From a virus: 29,236 bases of DNA. Below the pieces are notes generated by a model, which had not been told where the DNA came from, did no database searches, and was given only the letters and a program-made list of their open reading frames with translations. A program made the translations under genes and the position numbers. The stretch spans positions 1 through 29,236 of IMG/VR virus record IMGVR_UViG_3300035698_016830; one strand, 5' to 3'. The first letter of the stretch is position 1. Each line of letters opens with the position of its first letter. This document shows, one piece after another, positions 18,126-25,607 of this stretch.

Positions 18126-19703
18126 ATGGTAATATCTAAAAAAGCAATGACGGAGTATACCACGCGGGATTTTTGTGATTCAACAAAGGCCAAGCGAGTA
18201 TCTAATACAAATCTTGATAGATTGTTAGATATGCTTCACCCTAAACCAGTATTTATTACAGAGCCATATAAACATCAGAAGGTTGTTTTCTTGCTCTGTA
18301 TAAAGTACAGAGGATACTATGTCCAGGTGGATATGGGCGGAGGAAAAAGTAAGTCAATGCTTGATCTATTCCGGTATCAGTTAATGCAGAATCCAAAAGC
18401 AAGAATGGTAGTGCAAGTTCCCTGCGTAACGAATGTAGATTCATGGCTGGACGAGTGTGATATTCATGCTCCTGATATAAGGAGAATAGGCATAACACCA
18501 GATCTTAAAGGAAACCAAAGATTAGAAGCTTTGGAAGAGGAAGAAAATCAAATAGTGATTGTAACCTACGCTGGCTGGCTGAGGATGGTTAGGAGCAAAA
18601 ATAAGAAGGGCGCTTATAGCTATGGTGGAAAGGGTGCAAAATATGAAAGAATGTTCACCACATCTGTATATGATGAATCAACACATCTTGGAGGCCCAAC
18701 TTCAAAGTTTTTTATTGCATGCAGAAGGTTATCAAAAAACACAGAACAGCATTATTCATTAACTGGTACTGCGTTTGGTAAAGACCCTCTTATCGTTTAT
18801 TCTCAATCTTTCGTAAGTGACTTGGGAGAAACATTCCAAACAGTAGGCCGCTTTCGGTCAGCTTTATACATCAAGAAAAAGAACTACTTCACTGGATGGG
18901 ATGAATGGCATTTTGATAAAAGAAAAAAGGGGTTGCTCAGTAGGATGCTAAAGCATCGTTCTATAAGGTATAATGAAAATGAATTTGAAGATTTACCTGA
19001 TAAAGTGGAGGTAGCTTTACGAGTAAGGTTTGATCCTGATGTTATAGCGTATTATGATAAGTTGTTGGTAGAGTTCAGGGATAAGGAAAGCTCTTTAGCT
19101 TTGCTTGGAAATGCCTATGTACGTTTGAGACGTTTGTGTTCAGGTTATTTAGAATTAGATGATGGACAAGAAGGAAAACATCAGATTGAGTTTGAAAAGA
19201 ATCCGAAATTTGATGAACTGGTGGAACGTTTAAAACAAGTTCCTGAAACAAGCAAGATTTGCCTATTTCATAGCTATGTAAAAACAGGTGAGTACTTACA
19301 AAAGAGGCTGAAAAAGGAAGGGTTTAAAAGCGAGCGTCTTTGGTCAGGGCAGAAAGATAAGTCTGGCGTTCAGAGAAGATTTAAAACATCACCTAAACAT
19401 AGGATACTGATTGCTAATGAAGCCGCAGCGTTCGGTTTGAATTTACAAGTAGCAAATTATGGGTTCTTCTACGAGCTGCATGACTCTCCAATTATTTATC
19501 GCCAGATGATGAAGCGTTTGCATCGGGGAAAGAAAACAGAAGATCGGCACACTGTATACTTGTATGTTCTTATGTACAAGAATTCAATAGAAGAGAGTAT
19601 ATATAAAGGCCTGCTTGAAGGTAAGAGCTTTTTCGAGAAGGTTGTGGAGTCACGTAAAGTAGGATTTAAGAAGAAAAGCAAGCGGATAAAGTTGAAAAGG
19701 TGA
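18126..19703 (+). CDS. SNF2-like SF2 helicase
   Basis: PYKHQ, DMGGGKS, VYDEST, LTGT, GLNLQVAN, QMMKRLHRG, SIEE. Confidence 0.88.
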   Translation: MVISKKAMTEYTTRDFCDSTKAKRVSNTNLDRLLDMLHPKPVFITEPYKHQKVVFLLCIKYRGYYVQVDMGGGKSKSMLDLFRYQLMQNPKARMVVQVPCVTNVDSWLDECDIHAPDIRRIGITPDLKGNQRLEALEEEENQIVIVTYAGWLRMVRSKNKKGAYSYGGKGAKYERMFTTSVYDESTHLGGPTSKFFIACRRLSKNTEQHYSLTGTAFGKDPLIVYSQSFVSDLGETFQTVGRFRSALYIKKKNYFTGWDEWHFDKRKKGLLSRMLKHRSIRYNENEFEDLPDKVEVALRVRFDPDVIAYYDKLLVEFRDKESSLALLGNAYVRLRRLCSGYLELDDGQEGKHQIEFEKNPKFDELVERLKQVPETSKICLFHSYVKTGEYLQKRLKKEGFKSERLWSGQKDKSGVQRRFKTSPKHRILIANEAAAFGLNLQVANYGFFYELHDSPIIYRQMMKRLHRGKKTEDRHTVYLYVLMYKNSIEESIYKGLLEGKSFFEKVVESRKVGFKKKSKRIKLKR

Positions 19704-19712
19704 ATTTTACTC

Positions 19713-19844
19713 TTGACCTGTTCTTTGATAACCTATATTATAGGCTTATGATCTTGTCCAAAACTAAATCATTAAGCTGCTGTGCGGGAAACATTTCTTT
19801 GGACAGGGTCGATCTCGCACACAGCTTTATTTGGAGCCTGTCCC
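19713..19844 (+). promoter_or_regulatory. Promoter plus structured leader RNA of HNH-AP2 gene, copy 2
   Basis: TTGACC-17-TATTAT. Same architecture as 13651-13782, with compensatory changes. Confidence 0.75.
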
Positions 19845-20387
19845 ATGAAAGTAATATATTTAACACAAGGTCAATTTGCGTTAGTAGATGATGAAGATTA
19901 TGAATGGCTGAATCAGTGGAAATGGTATGCAGCTTGGTATCCATGTACTAAGTCGTATTATGCTCAGAGAGCTGAGTCCAAACCTGGAGGTGGTGAGTGT
20001 ACGGTTAGGATGCATAGGCTAATACTCGGCTTAAGACACGGTGATAAACGGGAAGTTGATCATATTCACCATGACACACTAGATAATCGCAGGAGTCAGC
20101 TTCGGATTGTAACCCATCAGCAGAATGCATTTAACCTGCGGGACGTAAAAGGTTACATTCTCCGCAAAACTTCTGGTAAGTTTCAGGCACAGATAAGACT
20201 CAATGGTAAGTATAGACACCTGGGTTCTTACGATACAGCCAAACAAGCGAGTACGGCATATCTAGAGGCGAAAAAGAAACGAGACGTGTTTTTAGAGGAC
20301 AAGAGCGTGGTAAGAAGACCAAGGCTTATTTTGTTAAAGAATCAAAATATAAATAGAGCTAGAAAAGGGCACAAACCCATTTATTGA
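19845..20387 (+). CDS. HNH-AP2 homing-type endonuclease, paralogue of 13783-14313 (start re-called)
   Basis: GGAG RBS before MKVIYLTQGQFALVDDEDYEWLNQWKW; VDH...TLDNRRSQLR; AP2-like C-terminus. Confidence 0.88.
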   Translation: MKVIYLTQGQFALVDDEDYEWLNQWKWYAAWYPCTKSYYAQRAESKPGGGECTVRMHRLILGLRHGDKREVDHIHHDTLDNRRSQLRIVTHQQNAFNLRDVKGYILRKTSGKFQAQIRLNGKYRHLGSYDTAKQASTAYLEAKKKRDVFLEDKSVVRRPRLILLKNQNINRARKGHKPIY

Positions 20388-20400
20388 AAGGAAAAATAGC

Positions 20401-20745
20401 ATGAGAATTGTAAAACGAGAAGAATTTTATAAGTTGCCAGCAGGTATGCTCTATGCAGAATACTCTCCTCAAGTGTTCACAGGTTTAATGCGTAAGGGCG
20501 AGACTATATACGATAATGAAGTTCCTGTAGACTACGTAGAAATATCTTTGATAGATGAGATAGAGTGTACTGGTGATGTTGATATGATGGGGCAACTGGA
20601 TATCGCTATGGATGGAGAAACTAATATACCTATGGCTTTTGGCATGTCTCGTAGAAATGGGTTGTATACAGATGCACCTGAGTACTATGCGGTATGGGAC
20701 CATGATGACATCAACGGTTTGGTAAAGGTGTTAGCTACTTGTTAA
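20401..20745 (+). CDS. Hypothetical protein
   Basis: GAAAGGA RBS; packed ORF. Confidence 0.65.
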   Translation: MRIVKREEFYKLPAGMLYAEYSPQVFTGLMRKGETIYDNEVPVDYVEISLIDEIECTGDVDMMGQLDIAMDGETNIPMAFGMSRRNGLYTDAPEYYAVWDHDDINGLVKVLATC

Positions 20746-20758
20746 AAGGAAGAATAGT

Positions 20759-21040
20759 ATGAGTGAGATATTTAAAGACTGGAAAGACCTTGATATTGAC
20801 AAAGTAGATTTTGACAAAGTAGATTTTGAGGATGGTAGTGGTTGGACTTGGGGTATGATGTCCCAAGGAAACTATAGAATAATTCATCTAGAAAACCTTC
20901 CTGATCATGATCTACAAGAGACGATATATCCAGTACCAGCATGTATAGGATATATGCTGGATTTGAAAGAAAAATGGGGCAAGCAGGAGTTGCAGAGAGA
21001 TTGTGCTCATTTCTTTCATTCGGTATTAGGTATAAAATAA
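20759..21040 (+). CDS. Hypothetical protein
   Basis: AAAGGA RBS. Confidence 0.6.
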   Translation: MSEIFKDWKDLDIDKVDFDKVDFEDGSGWTWGMMSQGNYRIIHLENLPDHDLQETIYPVPACIGYMLDLKEKWGKQELQRDCAHFFHSVLGIK

Positions 21041-21210
21041 TGAAAAGAACTCAGATAAAGAGTGTTAGTACAGCAAAATGTCAGGAATGTGATTGGGAAT
21101 ACAATAGCAGTCAGGGAGTAAAGCAGATCGCTAGATTGCATGCACAGCAAGCAAAACATCTTGTTCGTGTTGATGTGGTAGAGATTATTACGTTTGATGG
21201 AAATGGTTAA
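21040..21210 (+). CDS. Small C2H2-like Zn-finger protein (start MKRTQIK)
   Basis: TAATG coupling to the upstream gene; CQEC...H....H. Confidence 0.55.
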   Translation: MKRTQIKSVSTAKCQECDWEYNSSQGVKQIARLHAQQAKHLVRVDVVEIITFDGNG

Positions 21211-21233
21211 AATGACTGTTTTGGCTTAATAAC

Positions 21234-21336
21234 GCAGATTCTTACATAAATTATAGATATTACATAATTTTTACAAAATGGTTGTTGACAATGCAGCCGA
21301 TAGTTGTTATTATATGTATAGTAAATAAGTTAATAA
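21234..21336 (+). promoter_or_regulatory. Repeated promoter cassette, copy C
   Basis: Same 43-bp box; TTGACA(21285)-17-TATTAT; CCGATAG in the spacer. Confidence 0.85.
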
Positions 21337-21427
21337 GTACCACTCTATTTCAAAGGATAGGAAGAGAACAAGACCAAGACTAAAACTCATAGAGAATCCA
21401 AGGTACATATTGAAGGGGCTATTTTGA
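21335..21427 (+). pseudogene. 3' remnant of a third HNH-AP2 gene
   Basis: KYHSISKDRKRTRPRLKLIENPRYILKGLF* versus KYHTISDDSSTARRPRLKLIEKEPRYILKGLY* at the end of 13783-14313; no start codon. Confidence 0.8.
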
Positions 21428-22407
21428 TGCCATTCACAGATTGGGAAGCAGTTTTCAGAAACTACCGAATAGAATGGATCACAAAAGGTAGAAATGTAAA
21501 GAGGGGCAACATTAACATCTGTTGCCCGTTCTGTGGTAGGGGAGATGTAGGCTTCCATATGGGAATAGACCTTACCACGGGCTATTATGGATGCTGGCGT
21601 GATAAGAAGCATAGGGGCAGGGGAGCCCACAGGTTGCTGATTCAGCTACTTGGTATTTCTTACGCTGACGCAGATGAAATTGTAAATGATTCTTCCAAAG
21701 TCACTGCCACAATGAATGATTTAAAAAGCAGGGCACAGGAAGTATTAGGAAAAAAAGTAAAAGTCAAACAGGTAATAGAGAAATTCCCATCCTGCTTTAC
21801 TTCTGTTAATGATTGCCCAAGAGCAAGAAGATACCTAGTTGACAGAGGATTCAGGAAACAGGATTTAAGGGCAATCACAAAACTCTATTCTCTGAAGTTT
21901 GCTAATGATGGGGATTGGAAGAGTCGGTTGATTTTACCAGTTATTTCTATCAACAATAAATTGATTGGGTGGACAGGCAGGGCAGTAGGTAAAAGCACTT
22001 TGCGTTATTTAGCTTACCCAAAAGGAAACTTGGTAAAAGGTCATGTATTCAATGGTCAAAACGTCTTAGAGGGAGGTAAGGTGCTTGTGATAGTGGAAGG
22101 TCCACTAGATGTACTCAAGATTGATTTTTATGGTCAGAAGCATGCTGTACGAGCCGTAGGATTGATGTCTACGTCAATGAAGCCAGCACAGGCGGCGGCC
22201 ATTATTAAATTGGCAAAGAAGTTTGCTAGAGTCAGAATCATGTTTGATTCTGGGGTAGCAGCTCAGCAACTTGGGATACCATCACAACTTCCAGGGTTGT
22301 CTGTTAAAAGGGCGACACTACTTAACAAACCAAGGGCTTTTGATGATCCTGGAGCCATCCCATACTCAGTTATTTATAGGCAAATATCCTTGATTCTAGG
22401 CTCTTAG
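21427..22407 (+). CDS. DNA primase (Zn finger + TOPRIM)
   Basis: CCPFC...H...CWR, YL..RG, RLILP, GR, VIVEGPLDV. Confidence 0.85.
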   Translation: MPFTDWEAVFRNYRIEWITKGRNVKRGNINICCPFCGRGDVGFHMGIDLTTGYYGCWRDKKHRGRGAHRLLIQLLGISYADADEIVNDSSKVTATMNDLKSRAQEVLGKKVKVKQVIEKFPSCFTSVNDCPRARRYLVDRGFRKQDLRAITKLYSLKFANDGDWKSRLILPVISINNKLIGWTGRAVGKSTLRYLAYPKGNLVKGHVFNGQNVLEGGKVLVIVEGPLDVLKIDFYGQKHAVRAVGLMSTSMKPAQAAAIIKLAKKFARVRIMFDSGVAAQQLGIPSQLPGLSVKRATLLNKPRAFDDPGAIPYSVIYRQISLILGS

Positions 22408-22408
22408 G

Positions 22409-22511
22409 GCAGATTCTTACATAAATTATAGATATTATATAATTTTTACAATAATTATGTTGACAATGTAGCCGATATTCATTATTATATGTATAGTAAA
22501 TAAGTTAATAA
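22409..22511 (+). promoter_or_regulatory. Repeated promoter cassette, copy D
   Basis: About 100-bp near-repeat of 21234-21336; TTGACA(22460)-17-TATTAT. Confidence 0.85.
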
Positions 22512-22533
22512 CGTTTTTGAAAGGACAAGAATC

Positions 22534-22833
22534 ATGGCTAAGAAAATAACACTCGCAACAATAAAATCATTAATCAGGAAAAACATGGGCAATCTGTACA
22601 TCTCGTGTAAAACATCTTTTGATGGTATGGTGGATGGCTGTACGTCTTGTTCTGATAAGGGTTTTAAGCCTGTTACTATGATAGATTCTAATCTATCAAG
22701 TACACTTGGAATTAGTGGTGCTTGGTTTGTGGGTGGATCACGGAATTTATTCAATACCTATGAGGATGAAAACTTTACAGGCATTGAAGTTTATAATTGC
22801 TGTGGATCATTCGTTCTTGCGGTTAAAAAATAA
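22534..22833 (+). CDS. Hypothetical early-type protein
   Basis: TTTGAAAGGACAAG RBS directly after the promoter. Confidence 0.7.
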   Translation: MAKKITLATIKSLIRKNMGNLYISCKTSFDGMVDGCTSCSDKGFKPVTMIDSNLSSTLGISGAWFVGGSRNLFNTYEDENFTGIEVYNCCGSFVLAVKK

Positions 22834-22886
22834 ATAGAAAAGACAGTCTCCTACAATTGGGTAGGAGGATTTGAAATGGCAGTATA

Positions 22887-23102
22887 ATGTCCAGGCGTGA
22901 AACGCAAAAACAGATGTGTTATAATGGTTTTGTTAGTGCAACAGAATCAGTTTTGTTGAAAAAGATAAAAGAATTAGAATATCAAAGATACAAGTTAGCT
23001 AAGTCTGGAAAATGGGAAGAAATGGAAGTGTTGGATATTATTTTAGATTTACAAGAAGCAGCATTAGATGAAGTATCTAAACATAGAGATCTAGTTATTT
23101 AA
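22887..23102 (+). CDS. Hypothetical protein
   Basis: ORF in operon. Confidence 0.55.
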   Translation: MSRRETQKQMCYNGFVSATESVLLKKIKELEYQRYKLAKSGKWEEMEVLDIILDLQEAALDEVSKHRDLVI

Positions 23103-23138
23103 GGTAGCAAAATAAATAAACTTTGAAATGGCAGAAAA

Positions 23139-23294
23139 ATGGATAAGCTAACACTTATAGAAAGAAAAGCTCTTTTGACTGTGTTGTCATTAGATACTAA
23201 TGAAGATGATATTATGGAAATTATGGGTGACTATGATTATGGTGAGGAGTATGTTAGAGCTTTTTTCTCAGCAATTGAAAAATTAAAAGTATAA
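23139..23294 (+). CDS. Small acidic protein (51 aa), missed by the ORF track
   Basis: MDKLTLIERKALL...IEKLKV*. Upstream TTTGAAATGGCAG is shared with the 22887 gene. Confidence 0.55.
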   Translation: MDKLTLIERKALLTVLSLDTNEDDIMEIMGDYDYGEEYVRAFFSAIEKLKV

Positions 23295-23309
23295 GAAAGG
23301 AAAGATAAG

Positions 23310-24233
23310 ATGGCAACAAGACAAACTGTATATCCATGGGCAGGGTTAGGATTCAATTTATCACCTGAAGGAACTGCTGATACTTGGGCAAAGGAATCCA
23401 AATTAGACTGGACAGCAGAAAAAGCACCAGTATTATTTAATGCTGATGGTCAAAGGAGTTGGCCTCACCAGAACGTATTGTTCCGGTCAGATACGAAAAG
23501 GCCGTTAGCCCATGTATCAGATAGGTATAAGACAGTACAGCCTAAAACCATCCTGAATTTCTTCAAAGATATCGCAGAGGCTTACGATGGATTTAGTATT
23601 CAGGTGGCGGGTAAGATTCACGGTGGTGAGCGAATTTGGGCTATCGCAAAATCAGAGACAATGCCTATAGATCTTGTTGGGGATAAGATCAACAGGTACC
23701 TTCTTATGGCTACCAGCTACGATAAGTCCTGGCCCACATTTGTGAAGCAAACTTCTATGCGGCCCATTTGTGCGAATGTATTGGCGTCCGCAGAAGGAAG
23801 AATAAGCTTCAAGCATATCAGTGCGGTTAGCCTGACTTCTATCCGCGAAAAGATGGATATGGATACAGCCTGGAATTCATTTAATGAGTTGATACATAAG
23901 GCCGTTGATACGAAAATGACTGAGGTTGAGTCACGTAGATTCTTTGATACTATCCTTTTTCCAAAGACGACAAAGGATAAAGAGTTCTATTCACAGAAGG
24001 CAGCTGACAAAACTTTGGATAATATCATATCCATCCTACACGCTGCCCCCGGTCAGAATACTAAGGCCGCTAAAGGCAGTCTATTTGGTACACTGAACGC
24101 CTTGTCTTATTGGACTACGCATAGTGGTAGCCCACGATCTAATTCAGGGCGATTTCTAAGAGCATTCGGTGACGAAACTGTTAGTATTCAGCGTATAGCT
24201 TTGTTAGCAGCTGCTGAAAGGGTAGCAGCATAA
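23310..24233 (+). CDS. DUF932/DUF945-family phage/plasmid protein
   Basis: PWAGLG, LDWT, RSDT..PL..VSDRYK.VQP, AG.I.GG..IW, Y.L...SYD, R.IC.N, G.L.G..NA. Confidence 0.8.
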   Translation: MATRQTVYPWAGLGFNLSPEGTADTWAKESKLDWTAEKAPVLFNADGQRSWPHQNVLFRSDTKRPLAHVSDRYKTVQPKTILNFFKDIAEAYDGFSIQVAGKIHGGERIWAIAKSETMPIDLVGDKINRYLLMATSYDKSWPTFVKQTSMRPICANVLASAEGRISFKHISAVSLTSIREKMDMDTAWNSFNELIHKAVDTKMTEVESRRFFDTILFPKTTKDKEFYSQKAADKTLDNIISILHAAPGQNTKAAKGSLFGTLNALSYWTTHSGSPRSNSGRFLRAFGDETVSIQRIALLAAAERVAA

Positions 24234-24262
24234 ACTTTGAGGTTTTTTGAAAGGGCAGTAAG

Positions 24263-24547
24263 ATGAGTAAGAATTATTTTCCACAAGCAATTGATGTTTT
24301 GATTAATCAGTGTCAGGGCGTCGAGGGGTCTGCCCTATATGCTATTTTGGTAGAGATTGCTAAAAGCAAACCATCAGAAGTTGTAAAGGCGGCAGAGCGA
24401 GTTCGTAGGCTAAAGGGCATTTTAACTTGGGAGAATAAATGTCGTATTCTTTTGGCTTCTGGACATAAGATTGACGCTATCAAGGAATGCTGTGCTCTTA
24501 CGGGTTGGGGATTGAGGGAGGCAAAAGAAGCGGTCGAACGTCTTTGA
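24263..24547 (+). CDS. Protein with a ribosomal bL12 (L7/L12) C-terminal-like domain
   Basis: KIDAIKECCALTGWGLREAKEAVE matches KIxxIKxxRxxTGxGLKEAKxxVE. Confidence 0.75.
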   Translation: MSKNYFPQAIDVLINQCQGVEGSALYAILVEIAKSKPSEVVKAAERVRRLKGILTWENKCRILLASGHKIDAIKECCALTGWGLREAKEAVERL

Positions 24548-24568
24548 TTTATTAAAACTTTGAGGTAT

Positions 24569-24630
24569 TCGGGGCTAGGCACGATCAGCCGAATTGGTGG
24601 GACGTCCTGCCACCTTGCCCCGATCTTTTT
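24569..24630 (+). terminator. GC-rich structured element / terminator upstream of the RAMP gene
   Basis: TCGGGGC(T)AGG / CCT(T)GCCCCGA stem followed by TCTTTTT. Confidence 0.6.
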
Positions 24631-24705
24631 GAATCAGGACCATCATTAAGGACAGTGATTTTGATAGCAGTATAAATATTAAACTATTTTGAAAGGACAG
24701 TTAAG

Positions 24706-25395
24706 ATGAAAGTAAAATTTGAATTTGTAGCTCCCTTGTTGGGAACAATATCAGGCAACAAAGATGTTGCGACTGAGTTTATTGTTGCCAAGGCAGCAGA
24801 AAACAGGAATTTGGATGTGGAGGAAATAGTAACAATAAAGAAGGAGGAATTGTCTACTTTGCCCGCTGAAGATATAGACAAGTCATCTACTTTATTTCAT
24901 AGGGATGAGGAAGGTAGACCATTTCTTTATTCTTATATGATTAATGGTTTCTTCAAAGCTGCTTGTGATGCTATGATTGATGGTGACGGTGAGAATGATA
25001 TTTTCAAGAAGCACACAAAGAAAGAATTGAAGGATATGAAGCTTACACGTTGGTCTTACAAAAGCACAATAAATAAATTGATCAGAGTAAAGGAAAGGAG
25101 ATTGTATTTAGCTTTGTCTGGACCAATAGATGTGGAAGAAAGGTCTATGCGAGTTACTACTATGCAAGGGGATAGGGTCTGCTTAGCAAGATCTGAATCA
25201 GCTCCAGAAGGAACAACAATTGAACTAACTATAGAATGTCTTAATTCAAAATTATGGCCTTATATTGAGGAATGGTTGGGCTATGGTATATTTGGTGGGT
25301 TGGGTCAATGGAGATCTAGTTACTTTGGATCTTTTACGTGGGAGCGTCTTGATGCTCCGGTAAAGAAAACAAGAACAAAGCTTGCTGTATCATGA
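24706..25395 (+). CDS. Stand-alone Cas7-group RAMP-like protein
   Basis: Beta1 KVKFEFVAPLLG; FHRDEEGRPFLYSYMINGFFKAA (compare Csm3/Cmr4 GxPxIPGSSxKGxxR); E.APEGT.IEL.I; terminal Gly-rich loop GGLGQWRSSYFGSF (compare GLGGxRSRGYGxF). Confidence 0.75.
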   Translation: MKVKFEFVAPLLGTISGNKDVATEFIVAKAAENRNLDVEEIVTIKKEELSTLPAEDIDKSSTLFHRDEEGRPFLYSYMINGFFKAACDAMIDGDGENDIFKKHTKKELKDMKLTRWSYKSTINKLIRVKERRLYLALSGPIDVEERSMRVTTMQGDRVCLARSESAPEGTTIELTIECLNSKLWPYIEEWLGYGIFGGLGQWRSSYFGSFTWERLDAPVKKTRTKLAVS

Positions 25396-25410
25396 ATACC
25401 TACCAAATTT

Positions 25411-25564
25411 GTTTGGTATAAAAGTAAAAGTATGGTCAGGTATCGTTTTGTTTGGGTATTGTTTTGTGATGGTATAGTATAGTAGAGTTGGGTGGAGTTG
25501 AGTATCGTAAAGTATTGGTTTAGTGATGTCCTGTCAAGTAACGGTTATGTATTGGTTTAGTAAG
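25411..25564 (+). repeat. Non-coding array of 29 GT-NNN units (5-nt period, occasional 6-nt unit); candidate guide RNA
   Basis: GTTTG GTATA(AAA) GTAAAA GTATG GTCAG GTATC GTTTT GTTTGG GTATT GTTTT GTGATG GTATA GTATA GTAGA GTTGG GTGGA GTTGA GTATC GTAAA GTATTG GTTTA GTGAT GTCCT GTCAA GTAACG GTTAT GTATTG GTTTA GTAAG. Confidence 0.9.
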
Positions 25565-25607
25565 GATTATTTGCAAAAAGTAGTATTTATCTAGAAAGGA
25601 CAGTAAG

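Noticed and set aside
25396-25607. Canonical CRISPR array or mini-array next to the Cas7-like gene
   Set aside because: No 25-40-nt direct repeats with spacers; the only longer duplication is 13 nt.
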